DNA of 64,000 bases from sequence record NZ_CP013725.1. One strand, written 5' to 3'. Shown piece by piece: positions 41,934 through 53,719 of this stretch. The DNA is from a plasmid. The notes below the pieces were generated by a model. It saw only the letters and a list, made by a program, of their open reading frames with translations, was not told where the DNA came from and searched no databases. Made by a program: the position numbers and the translations under genes. Position 1 is the stretch's first letter. Every line of letters begins with the position of its first letter.

Positions 41934-41947
41934 AAGAGGTAAATATA

Positions 41948-43108
41948 ATGTATAAAAAAATGTTCACAATTTTAATTACGTTATTTTCTATAATGTTTAT
42001 GGTTCCTAATGATACTTTTGCAGAAGGTAAGCACAACATGATGGACATGAAAGAAAATGATCAAAAGCGAAATGATATGATGGATATGAAAAGTCATGAC
42101 GAAAGAAAAAATTTGAATTCTTCACAAGGAAAAAATGAAATAACATTTCCCAAAGTTTTAGATCCTAAAAAAGATAACAATGGTTATAAAAGTTATACAT
42201 TAAAAGCGCAGAAAGGAAAGACAGAATTTTACAAAGGTAATTTCTCTAACACTTTAGGATACAATGGAAATTTACTTGGGCCAACTTTAAAATTAAAAAA
42301 AGGAGATAAGGTTAAAATTAAGTTAGTCAACAACTTAGATGAAAATACAACATTTCATTGGCATGGGTTAGAAATAGATGGAAAAGTGGATGGAGGCCCT
42401 TCTCAAGTTATAAAACCAGGAAAAGAAAAAACAATAAAATTTGAGGTTAAACAAGAGGCTGCTACATTATGGTATCATCCCCACCCCTCCCCAAATACAG
42501 CTAAACAAGTTTATAATGGTTTATCAGGGTTATTATATATAGAGGATGACAAAAAGAATAATTATCCTAGCAATTATGGGAAAAATGATTTGCCTATAAT
42601 AATCCAAGATAAAACATTTGTATCTAAAAAATTAAATTATACAAAAACGAAAGATGAAGATGGTACTCAAGGTGATACAGTCCTTGTGAATGGGAAAGTA
42701 GATCCTAAATTAACAACAAAAGAAGGAAAAATACGTTTGAGACTTTTAAATGGCTCCAATGCTCGGGATTTAAATCTTAAGCTAAGTAATAATCAAAGTT
42801 TTGAATATATTGCTTCAGAAGGCGGCCATTTAGAAAAGACTAAAAAGTTAAAAGAAATTAATTTAGCTCCTTCAGCAAGAAAAGAAATAGTAATAGATTT
42901 ATCTAAAATGAAAGAAGAAAAAGTCAATCTTGTTGATAATGATGAAACAGTAATTTTACCAATTATTAACAAAGAAAAAAGTACTAACAAAGACACTACT
43001 CCAAAAGTAGATAAAAAAATCAAATTAGAAGGTATGGACGGGGTCCCAAGCGCCTACGGGAAATTTGTATCGATAAGGATTACAAATTCCCGTAATATCA
43101 ACGTTTGA
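41948..43108 (+). pseudogene. mco: multicopper oxidase, 3'-truncated by a Tn3-family terminal repeat (last about 22 codons read into the IR)
   Basis: HWHGLE and WYHPH copper-site motifs; only 386 aa with no C-terminal HCH motif; the IR begins at 43040. Confidence 0.65.
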
Positions 43109-43115
43109 CGACTCT

Positions 43116-46031
43116 CTATTTTTCTATGTTTAATTTTCTCAACCTCTTGGGAATAGATAACAAATCAAATTTGTATTCACCAAGAAACGTAATATGCTCC
43201 CAATTAATAGGAGAAATATGGTTCATATAGTTGGTTACTTCTGGATCTATTTTCACTAGATAATCATAGGCTTCTTGTAAATAGACGGCGTTCCATATAC
43301 TAATAGCATTTATTAAAACATTTAGTGCACTTGCACTTTGAAGTTGCCGACGAATATCACGTTCCATGAATTTACCTCGGCGACCAAAAAATAGTTCTCT
43401 TGCCAAAGCATTTACGGCTTCCGTTTTATTCAAACCATGGGTAATCTTACGTCTTAAGCTATCATCTGTCACATAATCTATCATGAAAATACTCTTCTCA
43501 ATCCGTCCCAATTCTCTTAAAGCGGTAGCTACCTTATTTTTTCGTGCGTAAGAACCTAGCTTTCCTAAAATTAGCGAACTTGAGACTTTACCAGTTTGAA
43601 TGGAATAAGCGATTCGTTTAATTTCTTCGTAACTTTCATCAATGGTTTTTATATTGATCCTACCACTGATGAGCCCTAATAAATCAGGGTATTCTGAAGT
43701 TGGCTTTATAGAAAATAATTGAGACTTTTTTATATTCCTAATACGGGGTTCAAAATGAAACCCTAGTAAAGCCGTCATACCAAACACTTGATCTGTATAA
43801 CCATTTGTGTCAGTGAAGTGTTCTTCAATATCTAAATCTGTTTCGTGGTAAAGCAAGCCATCTAATGTATGAGTCGCTTCTCTCGTGTTGGTCGAAACAA
43901 CTTCAACATGATGTGAGGTATTTCTGTCATTGATTGACCGAATCATTGTGGCGCCTTTCTCTAAGCTTTTATAATGTGGATTCACGTCAGCCTTAATGGC
44001 GGATACACCTACTGGTACACGCATTCCATCGGAAGCACTCGTTTTACCTTCTCCCCAAAAATCAGCTATAGGAATTCCTAATTGAAAATTAACCAAAATA
44101 GATTGGGCACAGGTTAAGGCTTCTTTATAAAACCGCCATTGTTTAGTATTCGCCAATTGAGGATAAGTAATTCCGGGGGTGGATTGGGCCATTTTCTCAA
44201 GCCCAATATTCATTCCTAATCCTAATAAAGTGGCAAAAACAATTTTCTTTTCTCGTTCATTTGGCGGATTTCCAGTTGAATCATGGATAAATTCTTGCGA
44301 AAATTGAGTCCAGCTATCCACTTCTATTAATAGGTCACTTAATCTTATTTTGGGAATCATTGAATAAAGTTTTTTTCTATATTCCTCTGCTTCATCTGGT
44401 GTAACTTTCTCCAATTTTTTTAGCACCATTTTGGCTGAACTTTTGCCAGAATTCGAATAATATTGTAGTTGTGAGTCCAATATTGCGCCCCTAGAAGTCA
44501 AATAATCATCAAATGTATCTGGAATAGTGAGTGAGTTAACGCAAGCATCGGAACTGATTAAGTAATCATCAATGTTTCGATGGGCTAAGCTTCCTTCTAC
44601 CGAAATATTTCCTGATCTAATATTATTTTTTAACTCTGTGAACGCTACCAACTCGTAGAAGGATCGGTCTATTTTTCCTTCTTCAGGTTGAACAAGACGT
44701 TCCCATTTTTTACTCACAAATTCAATGGATGTGTTTGCTGGTATTTTCCGTTTACCATCGTTTTTTAACTCATTTATTTGAGTAAGCGCTGTAAGAATTG
44801 GTTGTGCAGATGAGGTTGCTTTAAACGAGAGTATTTTTAAAAGCATTGGGGTATATCTTCTAAGGTAAGTGGCTTTATTTCTCACCATTTCTAAATATCC
44901 GTGATTTTTCTTACCAGTAATTCGTTTAGCGTCTTCTCCATCTTGGATTAAGTCATGCCAGGGGATAACTCGTTCTATTTCGTCAAAAGGATTACTGTCG
45001 TTGTCTTTTGCAAAATGAAGTGCATCAATCAGAGACGCATAATGTTCTAATTTTTCAGTCGCCAACTTCCCTTTCTCTTTCAACAGTTCTTGCGAATCGT
45101 GCATCCCTTTTCGTTTAATCCCCGCTAAAATCCGGTCATTAATTTCAATGAGCAGATCGATCAGATACTGATGATGATCCACTAAAAAAGCAATGAGTAA
45201 GGAATACTTTTTTTCGAATTCAAAACGAGAAAAATCATAGGCATCGTAATTATCACCTAATCGTGCTAACTGAAGAAATCTATTTCGGTGAATATGCGAC
45301 ACATTGATTGTTCCTAGTTCAAGAACCGTAATCGTCTCAACTTTTTTGCAAATGGTCATAAAACTCTCTGGATTGGCTTTGCCAGGGATATCTTTTAACC
45401 AGGCGAGTTTAGTCATCTTCGTTTCTTTATATACTAGAAACAACTCATCTAATTTCTCGATTTGTGTTTCTGTTAGTGAATCCAGAAGAATTGAAAACAG
45501 TGTGCTTTCAGCCTTATCACGACAATGGCTGATAATGTCTTCTAGTGTCGCTATCGATGGAAAAATAATTCGATTTTGGGTGAGGAAGCCTAATGTTTTT
45601 TTCATGAGATAGGTAGAGTCATCATTTTCTAATGCCAGCTTAATAAGAAATGCTATTAATTGATTGCGTGTGTCGACACTTCCAAAACGCTGATACCTAA
45701 ATGTTTCTAATATCTCATTAAAGTGATTGGCACGTGTGTTCCTATGGGCGTATAAGGCCAGTTCAATTGAGTCAAGATGTAACTGGCGCCTTACATAAGA
45801 GATTAAACGGTCTGATTGGATGGACCAGTTACTCAACGAACACCCAGGGTATCGTGCCAAGCAGAGCTGAATGGCAAACCCTAACTTATTGATATCCCCT
45901 CTGTGTTGGTTGATGATATCTAAATCAGAGTCAGAGAAACTGAAATAAGCTTGAAAATCCTCTTCAGATAAGTGATCGACAGAAAGAAGTTGCTCCCGCT
46001 GTGCTGCTGTTAAAATTTTCTTTAATGCCAT
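43116..46031 (-). CDS. tnpA: Tn3-family transposase
   Basis: 971 aa, typical Tn3 TnpA length and DDE region. Confidence 0.85.
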   Translation of the reverse strand: MALKKILTAAQREQLLSVDHLSEEDFQAYFSFSDSDLDIINQHRGDINKLGFAIQLCLARYPGCSLSNWSIQSDRLISYVRRQLHLDSIELALYAHRNTRANHFNEILETFRYQRFGSVDTRNQLIAFLIKLALENDDSTYLMKKTLGFLTQNRIIFPSIATLEDIISHCRDKAESTLFSILLDSLTETQIEKLDELFLVYKETKMTKLAWLKDIPGKANPESFMTICKKVETITVLELGTINVSHIHRNRFLQLARLGDNYDAYDFSRFEFEKKYSLLIAFLVDHHQYLIDLLIEINDRILAGIKRKGMHDSQELLKEKGKLATEKLEHYASLIDALHFAKDNDSNPFDEIERVIPWHDLIQDGEDAKRITGKKNHGYLEMVRNKATYLRRYTPMLLKILSFKATSSAQPILTALTQINELKNDGKRKIPANTSIEFVSKKWERLVQPEEGKIDRSFYELVAFTELKNNIRSGNISVEGSLAHRNIDDYLISSDACVNSLTIPDTFDDYLTSRGAILDSQLQYYSNSGKSSAKMVLKKLEKVTPDEAEEYRKKLYSMIPKIRLSDLLIEVDSWTQFSQEFIHDSTGNPPNEREKKIVFATLLGLGMNIGLEKMAQSTPGITYPQLANTKQWRFYKEALTCAQSILVNFQLGIPIADFWGEGKTSASDGMRVPVGVSAIKADVNPHYKSLEKGATMIRSINDRNTSHHVEVVSTNTREATHTLDGLLYHETDLDIEEHFTDTNGYTDQVFGMTALLGFHFEPRIRNIKKSQLFSIKPTSEYPDLLGLISGRINIKTIDESYEEIKRIAYSIQTGKVSSSLILGKLGSYARKNKVATALRELGRIEKSIFMIDYVTDDSLRRKITHGLNKTEAVNALARELFFGRRGKFMERDIRRQLQSASALNVLINAISIWNAVYLQEAYDYLVKIDPEVTNYMNHISPINWEHITFLGEYKFDLLSIPKRLRKLNIEK

Positions 46032-46034
46032 AAG

Positions 46035-46589
46035 TTAGTTTTTCCTTCCATTAAGATAGCGGTATAGGGTTGTTTTGCTTAGTTTAGAGGCATCAAGAAT
46101 CTGATTAATTGAATATTCCTTACTATCGTACATTTTCAAAGCCAACTCAATTGATTGACTGGCTTTACTTGGTCGCCCCCCTTTTTTTCCACGTGCTCTT
46201 GCTGCTTCAAGACCTGATTTGGTTCTTTCAATTGTAATATCACGTTCCAACTCTGCTAAACTAGCCATGACTCGGAAAAAGAATCTTCCCATAGAAGTAG
46301 AGGTATCAACGTTATCTTGAATAGAGATAAAATTAACCCCAAGCTCTTCAAACGTTTCTGAAAGCTCAATCAAATGTTTAGTTGAACGTGAAATTCGATC
46401 AAGTTTATAAATAACCACTGAGTCACCTTCACGTAACCCCTTTATCATGTCTTCCAATTGTGGACGGTCTCGTTTTGAACCCGTCACCTTTTCTTGGAAT
46501 AGTTTATCGATACCGTGTTGGGTGAGTGCATCAATTTGCAAATTCAAATTTTGATCCTCTGTACTCACTCGAGCATAGCCAAAAATCAT
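46035..46589 (-). CDS. tnpR: Tn3-family resolvase (serine recombinase)
   Basis: MIFGYARVSTEDQNLNLQ; RBS AAGGAGG; the ORF track extends further upstream, but the RBS supports the Met at 46589. Confidence 0.85.
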   Translation of the reverse strand: MIFGYARVSTEDQNLNLQIDALTQHGIDKLFQEKVTGSKRDRPQLEDMIKGLREGDSVVIYKLDRISRSTKHLIELSETFEELGVNFISIQDNVDTSTSMGRFFFRVMASLAELERDITIERTKSGLEAARARGKKGGRPSKASQSIELALKMYDSKEYSINQILDASKLSKTTLYRYLNGRKN

Positions 46590-46868
46590 AAAAAGCCTCC
46601 TTACTATTAATGACTTAAATGTACCATAACTCATCAATAATTACCATATAGGCACTTTGAAAAAAGAACGAGTTTTGGTACCTGGTTTAGGGCTCAAACG
46701 GATGAAAAACAGATGAATTCAAAAAGTGCCATAAACGACCATTTAAGGTACTGGTTATAATAGTCAATTGTTATTCAAACGAACACTTGACTATCAGATT
46801 GGAACAGAGTATAATCACCCCTATAAACATTCAAGTGTCTCTTTGAGTGTTGGAAGGAGAAACTGAAT

Positions 46869-47228
46869 ATGACTGTAGATATTTGCGAAATTACTTGTAT
46901 TGATGAAGAAAAAGTAAAACGGGTGAAGACTGGACTGGAAACCGTAGAAGTTACAACTATCAGTCAAATATTTAAAATTCTGTCTGATGAAACAAGGGTT
47001 AAAATTGTGTATGCATTACTGACAGAAAATGAACTTTGTGTATGCGATCTAGCTAATATTGTCGAAGCAACAGTTGCCGCTACGTCCCACCATTTACGCT
47101 TTTTAAAGAAGCAAGGGATTGCGAACTATCGAAAAGATGGAAAGCTTGTTTATTATTCTCTTGCGAATGAAAGGGTTAGAGATCGGATAAAACTTATATT
47201 ACTTAATTTTGAAGGAGTGGGAGTCTAA
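46869..47228 (+). CDS. cadC: ArsR/SmtB family cadmium-responsive repressor CadC
   Basis: [31 protein letters not shown] metal-site and HTH; promoter TTGACT...TATAAT at about 46786-46830. Confidence 0.85.
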   Translation: MTVDICEITCIDEEKVKRVKTGLETVEVTTISQIFKILSDETRVKIVYALLTENELCVCDLANIVEATVAATSHHLRFLKKQGIANYRKDGKLVYYSLANERVRDRIKLILLNFEGVGV

Positions 47229-49363
47229 TGGCAGAAAAGACTGTTTATAGAGTTGATGGATTAAGCTGTACAAATTGTGCGGCCAAATTTGAACGGAATG
47301 TAAAAGAAATTGAGGGTGTAACAGAAGCTATTGTAAACTTTGGCGCATCAAAAATCACGGTAACAGGTGAAGCAAGTATTCAACAAGTTGAACAGGCTGG
47401 AGCATTTGAACACTTGAAAATCATTCCAGAGAAAGAATCTTTTACTGATCCAGAGCACTTTACTGACCATCAATCGTTTATTAGAAAAAATTGGCGATTA
47501 TTGCTTTCTGGATTATTTATTGCAGTGGGGTATGCGTCACAGATCATGAATGGGGAGGACTTTTATCTTACTAATGCACTATTTATTTTTGCAATTTTCA
47601 TAGGAGGCTATTCTCTCTTTAAGGAAGGATTCAAAAATTTATTGAAGTTTGAATTTACAATGGAGACACTGATGACAATAGCTATTATTGGAGCTGCTTT
47701 CATTGGTGAATGGGCAGAAGGATCCATTGTGGTGATTCTATTCGCAGTAAGCGAGGCGCTTGAGCGTTACTCGATGGATAAGGCACGACAATCTATTCGT
47801 TCCCTAATGGATATTGCGCCAAAAGAAGCACTTGTGAGACGCTCGGGCACCGACAGAATGGTTCATGTAGATGACATTCAAATTGGCGACATTATGATTA
47901 TAAAACCTGGTCAAAAAATTGCGATGGATGGTCACGTTGTGAAAGGTTATTCAGCCGTCAATCAAGCAGCGATTACTGGTGAATCTATTCCTGTTGAAAA
48001 AAACATCGATGATTCCGTTTTTGCTGGAACGTTAAATGAAGAAGGATTGCTTGAAGTTGCGGTCACAAAACGAGTAGAAGATACCACGATTTCAAAAATT
48101 ATTCACTTAGTTGAGGAGGCACAAGGTGAACGTGCTCCAGCTCAAGCATTTGTTGATACATTTGCTAAATATTATACGCCAGCCATTATTGTGATCGCCG
48201 CACTGATTGCAACAGTACCGCCATTGCTGTTTGGTGGAAACTGGGAAACGTGGGTGTATCAAGGGTTATCTGTATTAGTGGTTGGGTGTCCTTGCGCCTT
48301 AGTTGTTTCAACTCCTGTTGCCATCGTCACCGCCATTGGAAATGCAGCTAAAAATGGCGTATTGGTAAAAGGTGGTGTGTATTTAGAAGAAATTGGTGGG
48401 CTAAAAGCCATTGCGTTCGATAAAACTGGTACCTTGACAAAAGGTGTGCCGGTGGTCACTGATTATATTGAACTAACAGAAGCCACAAACATTCAACATA
48501 ATAAAAACTATATCATCATGGCAGCACTGGAACAATTATCTCAACACCCCCTTGCTTCAGCCATTATTAAGTATGGAGAAACGAGAGAAATGGATTTAAC
48601 TAGTATTAATGTGAACGATTTTACATCCATCACAGGAAAAGGGATTAGAGGAACTGTAGATGGTAACACCTATTATGTTGGAAGTCCCGTTCTATTTAAG
48701 GAATTACTAGCATCGCAATTTACTGACTCCATTCATCGACAAGTGAGTGACTTACAACTTAAAGGGAAGACTGCTATGCTTTTTGGAACAAATCAGAAAC
48801 TGATTTCTATAGTGGCAGTTGCTGACGAGGTTAGGTCATCCAGTCAACATGTTATTAAACGACTTCATGAGCTGGGGATTGAAAAAACTATTATGTTGAC
48901 TGGCGATAACCAAGCCACAGCGCAAGCAATTGGCCAACAGGTGGGTGTTTCTGAAATAGAAGGTGAGTTAATGCCCCAAGATAAACTAGATTACATTAAA
49001 CAGTTGAAAATAAACTTTGGTAAAGTGGCCATGGTTGGAGACGGTATTAATGATGCGCCAGCCCTAGCAGCGGCCACGGTTGGAATTGCAATGGGCGGAG
49101 CTGGAACTGACACAGCCATTGAAACAGCTGATGTTGCCTTAATGGGAGACGACTTACAAAAATTACCTTTCACGGTAAAGTTGAGTAGAAAAACACTCCA
49201 AATTATTAAGCAAAATATCACATTTTCCTTGGTCATCAAACTGATTGCTCTTTTGCTAGTCATTCCAGGGTGGTTAACATTATGGATTGCAATTATGGCG
49301 GATATGGGTGCGACTCTTTTAGTCACGTTAAATGGCTTACGATTAATGAAAGTGAAAGATTAA
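47228..49363 (+). CDS. cadA: Cd/Zn-transporting P1B-2 ATPase CadA
   Basis: N-terminal [15 protein letters not shown]6 CPC ([13 protein letters not shown]), [17 protein letters not shown]. Confidence 0.9.
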   Translation: MAEKTVYRVDGLSCTNCAAKFERNVKEIEGVTEAIVNFGASKITVTGEASIQQVEQAGAFEHLKIIPEKESFTDPEHFTDHQSFIRKNWRLLLSGLFIAVGYASQIMNGEDFYLTNALFIFAIFIGGYSLFKEGFKNLLKFEFTMETLMTIAIIGAAFIGEWAEGSIVVILFAVSEALERYSMDKARQSIRSLMDIAPKEALVRRSGTDRMVHVDDIQIGDIMIIKPGQKIAMDGHVVKGYSAVNQAAITGESIPVEKNIDDSVFAGTLNEEGLLEVAVTKRVEDTTISKIIHLVEEAQGERAPAQAFVDTFAKYYTPAIIVIAALIATVPPLLFGGNWETWVYQGLSVLVVGCPCALVVSTPVAIVTAIGNAAKNGVLVKGGVYLEEIGGLKAIAFDKTGTLTKGVPVVTDYIELTEATNIQHNKNYIIMAALEQLSQHPLASAIIKYGETREMDLTSINVNDFTSITGKGIRGTVDGNTYYVGSPVLFKELLASQFTDSIHRQVSDLQLKGKTAMLFGTNQKLISIVAVADEVRSSSQHVIKRLHELGIEKTIMLTGDNQATAQAIGQQVGVSEIEGELMPQDKLDYIKQLKINFGKVAMVGDGINDAPALAAATVGIAMGGAGTDTAIETADVALMGDDLQKLPFTVKLSRKTLQIIKQNITFSLVIKLIALLLVIPGWLTLWIAIMADMGATLLVTLNGLRLMKVKD

Positions 49364-49488
49364 TTACCGCTATTGTCTAGTTGGTTTTTTGAATTATTCT
49401 GAAAGCATTCCTTATTGTACAAAATAACAGGTGAGATCAAAGGAAATCTCCTTATCGATACAAATTCCCCGTTGGCGCTCGGGACCCC

Positions 49489-52400
49489 GCAGTAAGCATG
49501 AAGACAGGAAGCAGCAACACACGAACAATACCTAAAAAAGTGGAAACTGTAGAAGCATCAGAAGAAATTATTGAGGAATTGACAGAAATGGATTGGCAAG
49601 AAGGTGATGAAATACCTGGACATGTTCGGAATGATACGTTTTTCGTGCATCAGGATAAGGTCTATTATCATCATAATGGGCGAGCAGAAACCGTTGAGGT
49701 TTCAAAAGGGATGCAAGATCGCATTAAAAAGATGTGTCAAGTGCGACAAGCCTTGATAAACATTATTGATTTGCAACTTCGTCCTTCCTACCAAGCAGCT
49801 GAACTGGAGAAACGTCTTTCTGTGCTGAATCAAGTATACGATACCTTTACCGAAAAATATGGTTTTTTTCACGATACATCGAACCAACGTGCTTTCTTTG
49901 ATGATGATCAGCTGGCACTTTTGGAATCTATTGAGATCCAAGAAAAGCCCGGCGTTTATGCGAAAGGGAGAATTTTCAGAGAAGCAACGATTCGTCCAAT
50001 CATAGAGGTGGAGCGTGTACAATCAGCAGAAGAAGCATTGCAGCTGTCCCTTAGTAAAAAATTGATAATCGATTTTGAGTATATGCAGCAAATTAGTGGA
50101 AAGACACAAGAGATATTACTTAAAGAATTAGATGGACTACTATATGAAGATCCGACTTATCATGGTGATCAGCCAAACAAAGGATGGCTATATCGAGATG
50201 ACTATTTATCTGGAGATATTGTAGAGAAACTAGCCCTCGCAAAATCTCGAGAAGAATCCAACTATCAAAAAAATATAGAGGCGCTTAAAAAAGTAATGCC
50301 GAAACCACTACAAGCGAAAGACATTCAATTTCAATTAGGGAGTACTTGGATACCGATTGACATCTATGAGAGGTTCATGTATCAAACATTTGGGACACCT
50401 AGTTATTATCAGTTTGGAACAAATCCAGATATTAAACTGGAATATGCTCGATATAACAACACTTGGCATATCAAGGGAAAAGGGCTAGATAAAGGTTCTA
50501 TCAAAGCTTCTAGTGTATATGGAACAAAAAGAATGAGTGCTTATGAAATATTGGAGTGTTCCCTCAACCTGCAGCAAGTTATTATACGCGATCCTGAAGA
50601 GTATTATGATGAGAATGGCAATAAAAAAATTAAGTATGTCATTAACCCAAAAGAAACCATGATTGCTAGAGGAAAACAGACGCAGATGAAAAATGCGTTT
50701 CAAAAATGGTTATTCCAAGATAATTTTCGGGCAGATAAGCTGGTTGAAATTTATAATGAGAGGTTCAATCGTGTGGTCCCAAGAAAATATGATGGAAGTC
50801 ATCTCACTTTTGACAGCATGAATTCCAGCTGGGAACTTAGACCTCATCAGCGGAATGTCGTGGCAAGGATTATTTACAATGGATCAGCTCTTATGGCTCA
50901 TGAAGTGGGAGCAGGAAAGACAGCATCAATGATTGCGGCAGGCATGTATATGAAACAAGCAGGTGCTGTGCAAAAACCGATGTATGTGGTTCCTAATCAT
51001 TTGACGCAGCAATTTGCGAATGAGTTTCTTGCTTTGTATCCGTCGGCTAATGTACTTCGAACCACGAAAAAAGATTTTGAGAAAAAGAATCGCCATCGCT
51101 TTATATCCAAAATTGCTACTAACAACTATGACGCCGTAATCATTGGTCATAGTCAGTTTGAAAAAATTCCTTTAAGCAAAGAAAGACAAGCTGACTTTTT
51201 ACGGAAGGAGCTTACTTCGATCAGTATCCAAATGAGAGAAGCAGAAGAAAAAGAAGGACGTTCTTTTACAGTGAAAAGAATGGCAGGTTTCCAAAAAAAA
51301 TTAAGAGAACGTCTGGAAACTTTGTCTAATAAGGAAAAGAAAGATGATATTTTAGACTTTGAACAGCTAGGAGTAGACTTTTTATTTATCGATGAAGCGC
51401 ATGTTTATAAAAATCTTTATACCGTGACAAAGATGAACAACGTGGCAGGGATCAATACATCGCAGAGTCAACGTGCAATGGATATGTTCCAAAAAGTGCA
51501 ATATATCCAGGAAATGAATGGAGGGAAAGGTGTCGTGTTTGCGACTGGTACACCAATTAGTAACAGTATGTCTGAGATGTTTACGATGCAGCGATTCTTG
51601 CAAAATGATCAGTTGGAACGAATGGGATTAGATACTTTTGATAGCTGGGCTTCCACATTTGGGGAGGTAATTTCTTCATTAGAAATGACGCCAGAAGGTT
51701 CCGGCTACCGTATGCGTAATCGTTTTGCGAAATTCCATAACCTTCCGGAACTCATGGCCACTTTCCAATCAGTCGCAGATATTCAGACGCATGATATGCT
51801 TAATTTGCCTAAACCCGATTTGAAAAATGGGAAGGCAGAGATTATCGTGAGCGAAATTTCTCCTTATCAGGAACGATTAATGCAAGAGTTCGCAGAACGA
51901 GCGGAGATGATTCGTGCGGGTGTAGTACAGCCATATGAAGATAATATGTTGAAGGTCACTCATGAGGCAAAACTAATGGCGATTGATTCCAGATTACTGG
52001 ATGAAGCTGCACCGGTGGATGAAAATGCAAAACTATTCAAGTGTGCCGAAAACGTACACCGAATTTGGGAAGAAACAACCGCACAAAAAAGCACACAAAT
52101 TATCTTTAGTGATTCAGGAACGCCGAAAAAAGACGTTTTCAATGTCTACGATGAGATTAAGCATCTTTTAATTGAGAAAGGTATTCCGGCAGACCAAGTT
52201 GCTTTTATTCATGACTGCAATAACGATCAGCAACGAGAAACCTTATTTGAAAAGGTAAGACGCGGAGAGGTTCGTGTTCTTTTGGGAAGTACAGGTAAAC
52301 TAGGTACAGGTACTAATGTTCAAAATAAATTGATTGCTGGCCATCACATCGATTGTCCGTGGAGACCAAGTGATCTTACACAAAGAGATGGTCGTGTCGT

Positions 52401-53295
52401 AAGACAAGGAAATGAGAATGATGAGGTCCAGCTGTATCGATATGTTACGAAAGGGACATTCGATAGTTACTTGTGGCAAATACAGGAACAAAAACTCAAA
52501 TATATTTCTCAAGTCATGACAGGGAAAAGTATTTCGAGATCTTGTGATGATCTGGATGAAACGGTTCTATCAGCGGCAGAAGTAAAAGCAATTGCCACAG
52601 ATAATCCTTTATTAGCAGAAAAAATGTCGGTCGATAATGATATCACTCGTCTGCAGATCATGCGAAGCAGCTGGGAAACAGAACGATTAGACATGCAAAA
52701 GAAAATTGATACGATTCTTCCTGATGCGATCAATCAAAATAAAAATCAGCAAATGAATATCCAAGAAATGATACTGCTTGTTCAAAACTATCCATTACCC
52801 AAAAAAGATGGAAAGCCGGTCTTTGAAATGGAGATCGATGGCGCCATTTATCAAGGTCGCAAGGAAGTCGCAGAAATGATGGATGAGAAGGTAAGCCAAA
52901 CGGACTTTAAAGAAGTGGACCAAGTTGAGATAGGGAGATATCGGGGACTGAAAGTTACTGTCCATAAAGATGTACAGTACGAAAAAAAGATTGTTCTTTC
53001 CTCAGATAATTACTCTGTTCACATGCGCTATACTTTAGAGGGTGGAACTGGAAACACGGTGCGGATCAGCAATCAATTGAGCGAGCTTCCCAAACAGCTG
53101 ACGAGTTTAAACGAACAGTTAGAAAATATGGAAGTCAATCTTCAAATGGCGAAGCAAGAAATCCATCTTCCTTTTGAAGAAGATGAAAAACTACAAAAGC
53201 TGCTTGCGAGACAAACAGAGATTAATACATCCTTAGAATTGGAAAATTTAAGTAAGCCTTCTATTCTTGAAAAAGAAGAGGTTATTGAACGATGA
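49489..53295 (+). pseudogene. 3' portion of the large conjugation-associated protein: SNF2/DEAD-like helicase with a long coiled C-terminal region; the 5' end is cut by the Tn5422-like IR
   Basis: helicase motif I ALMAHEVGAGKT, motif II FLFIDEAHVYKN, later QRDGRVVRQG (motif VI-like); the ORF begins exactly at the transposon boundary. Confidence 0.6.
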
Positions 53296-53461
53296 AAGAG
53301 GGATGAGGCACGATTTGTGCCTCATTCTTTTTATACATATAGGGTTTCTTTTTATTCACGACAGCTTGGTATTGCTAGTATTTATTACGATATCGTCATG
53401 ACGATATCGTAACTATTTACTAAAATGAAAGTACGTTAAATAAAAGGAACGGAGTATCATA

Positions 53462-53716
53462 ATGGCGCGATTTGAAGCGGAACCAGATGTTAAAATCCGG
53501 GTCAATATCCTGGGTATATGTGAAAAATATAATATATCAATGAGTGAGCTTTCCAAAATAGCAGACATCGATCTAGGAAAATTAATTGCTTTGTCGAGAG
53601 ATGAACGACAACGTGTACAACTTGCTCACTTAGAACGCATTTGTCAATCACTGCATATTCGTGATGCCAGAGAACTGTTATTAATTGAAGTGATCAATGA
53701 GGAGGAGCAAGGGTAA
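53462..53716 (+). CDS. small HTH (XRE-like) DNA-binding protein
   Basis: ISMSELSKIADIDLGKLIALSRDERQRVQLAHLERICQSLHI helix-turn-helix pattern; RBS AAAGGAACGGAG. Confidence 0.45.
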   Translation: MARFEAEPDVKIRVNILGICEKYNISMSELSKIADIDLGKLIALSRDERQRVQLAHLERICQSLHIRDARELLLIEVINEEEQG

Positions 53717-53719
53717 ATT

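Larger units (their letters stand above)
43040..49488 (-). mobile_element. Tn5422-like Tn3-family transposon (about 6.45 kb) carrying tnpA, tnpR, cadC and cadA
   Basis: 40-bp terminal IRs GGGGTCCCAAGCGCCTACGGGAAATTTGTATCGATAAGGA (43040-43079) and its inverted copy ending at 49488 (3 mismatches); flanks TGGAC / GCAGT, so no 5-bp target duplication. Confidence 0.8.
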
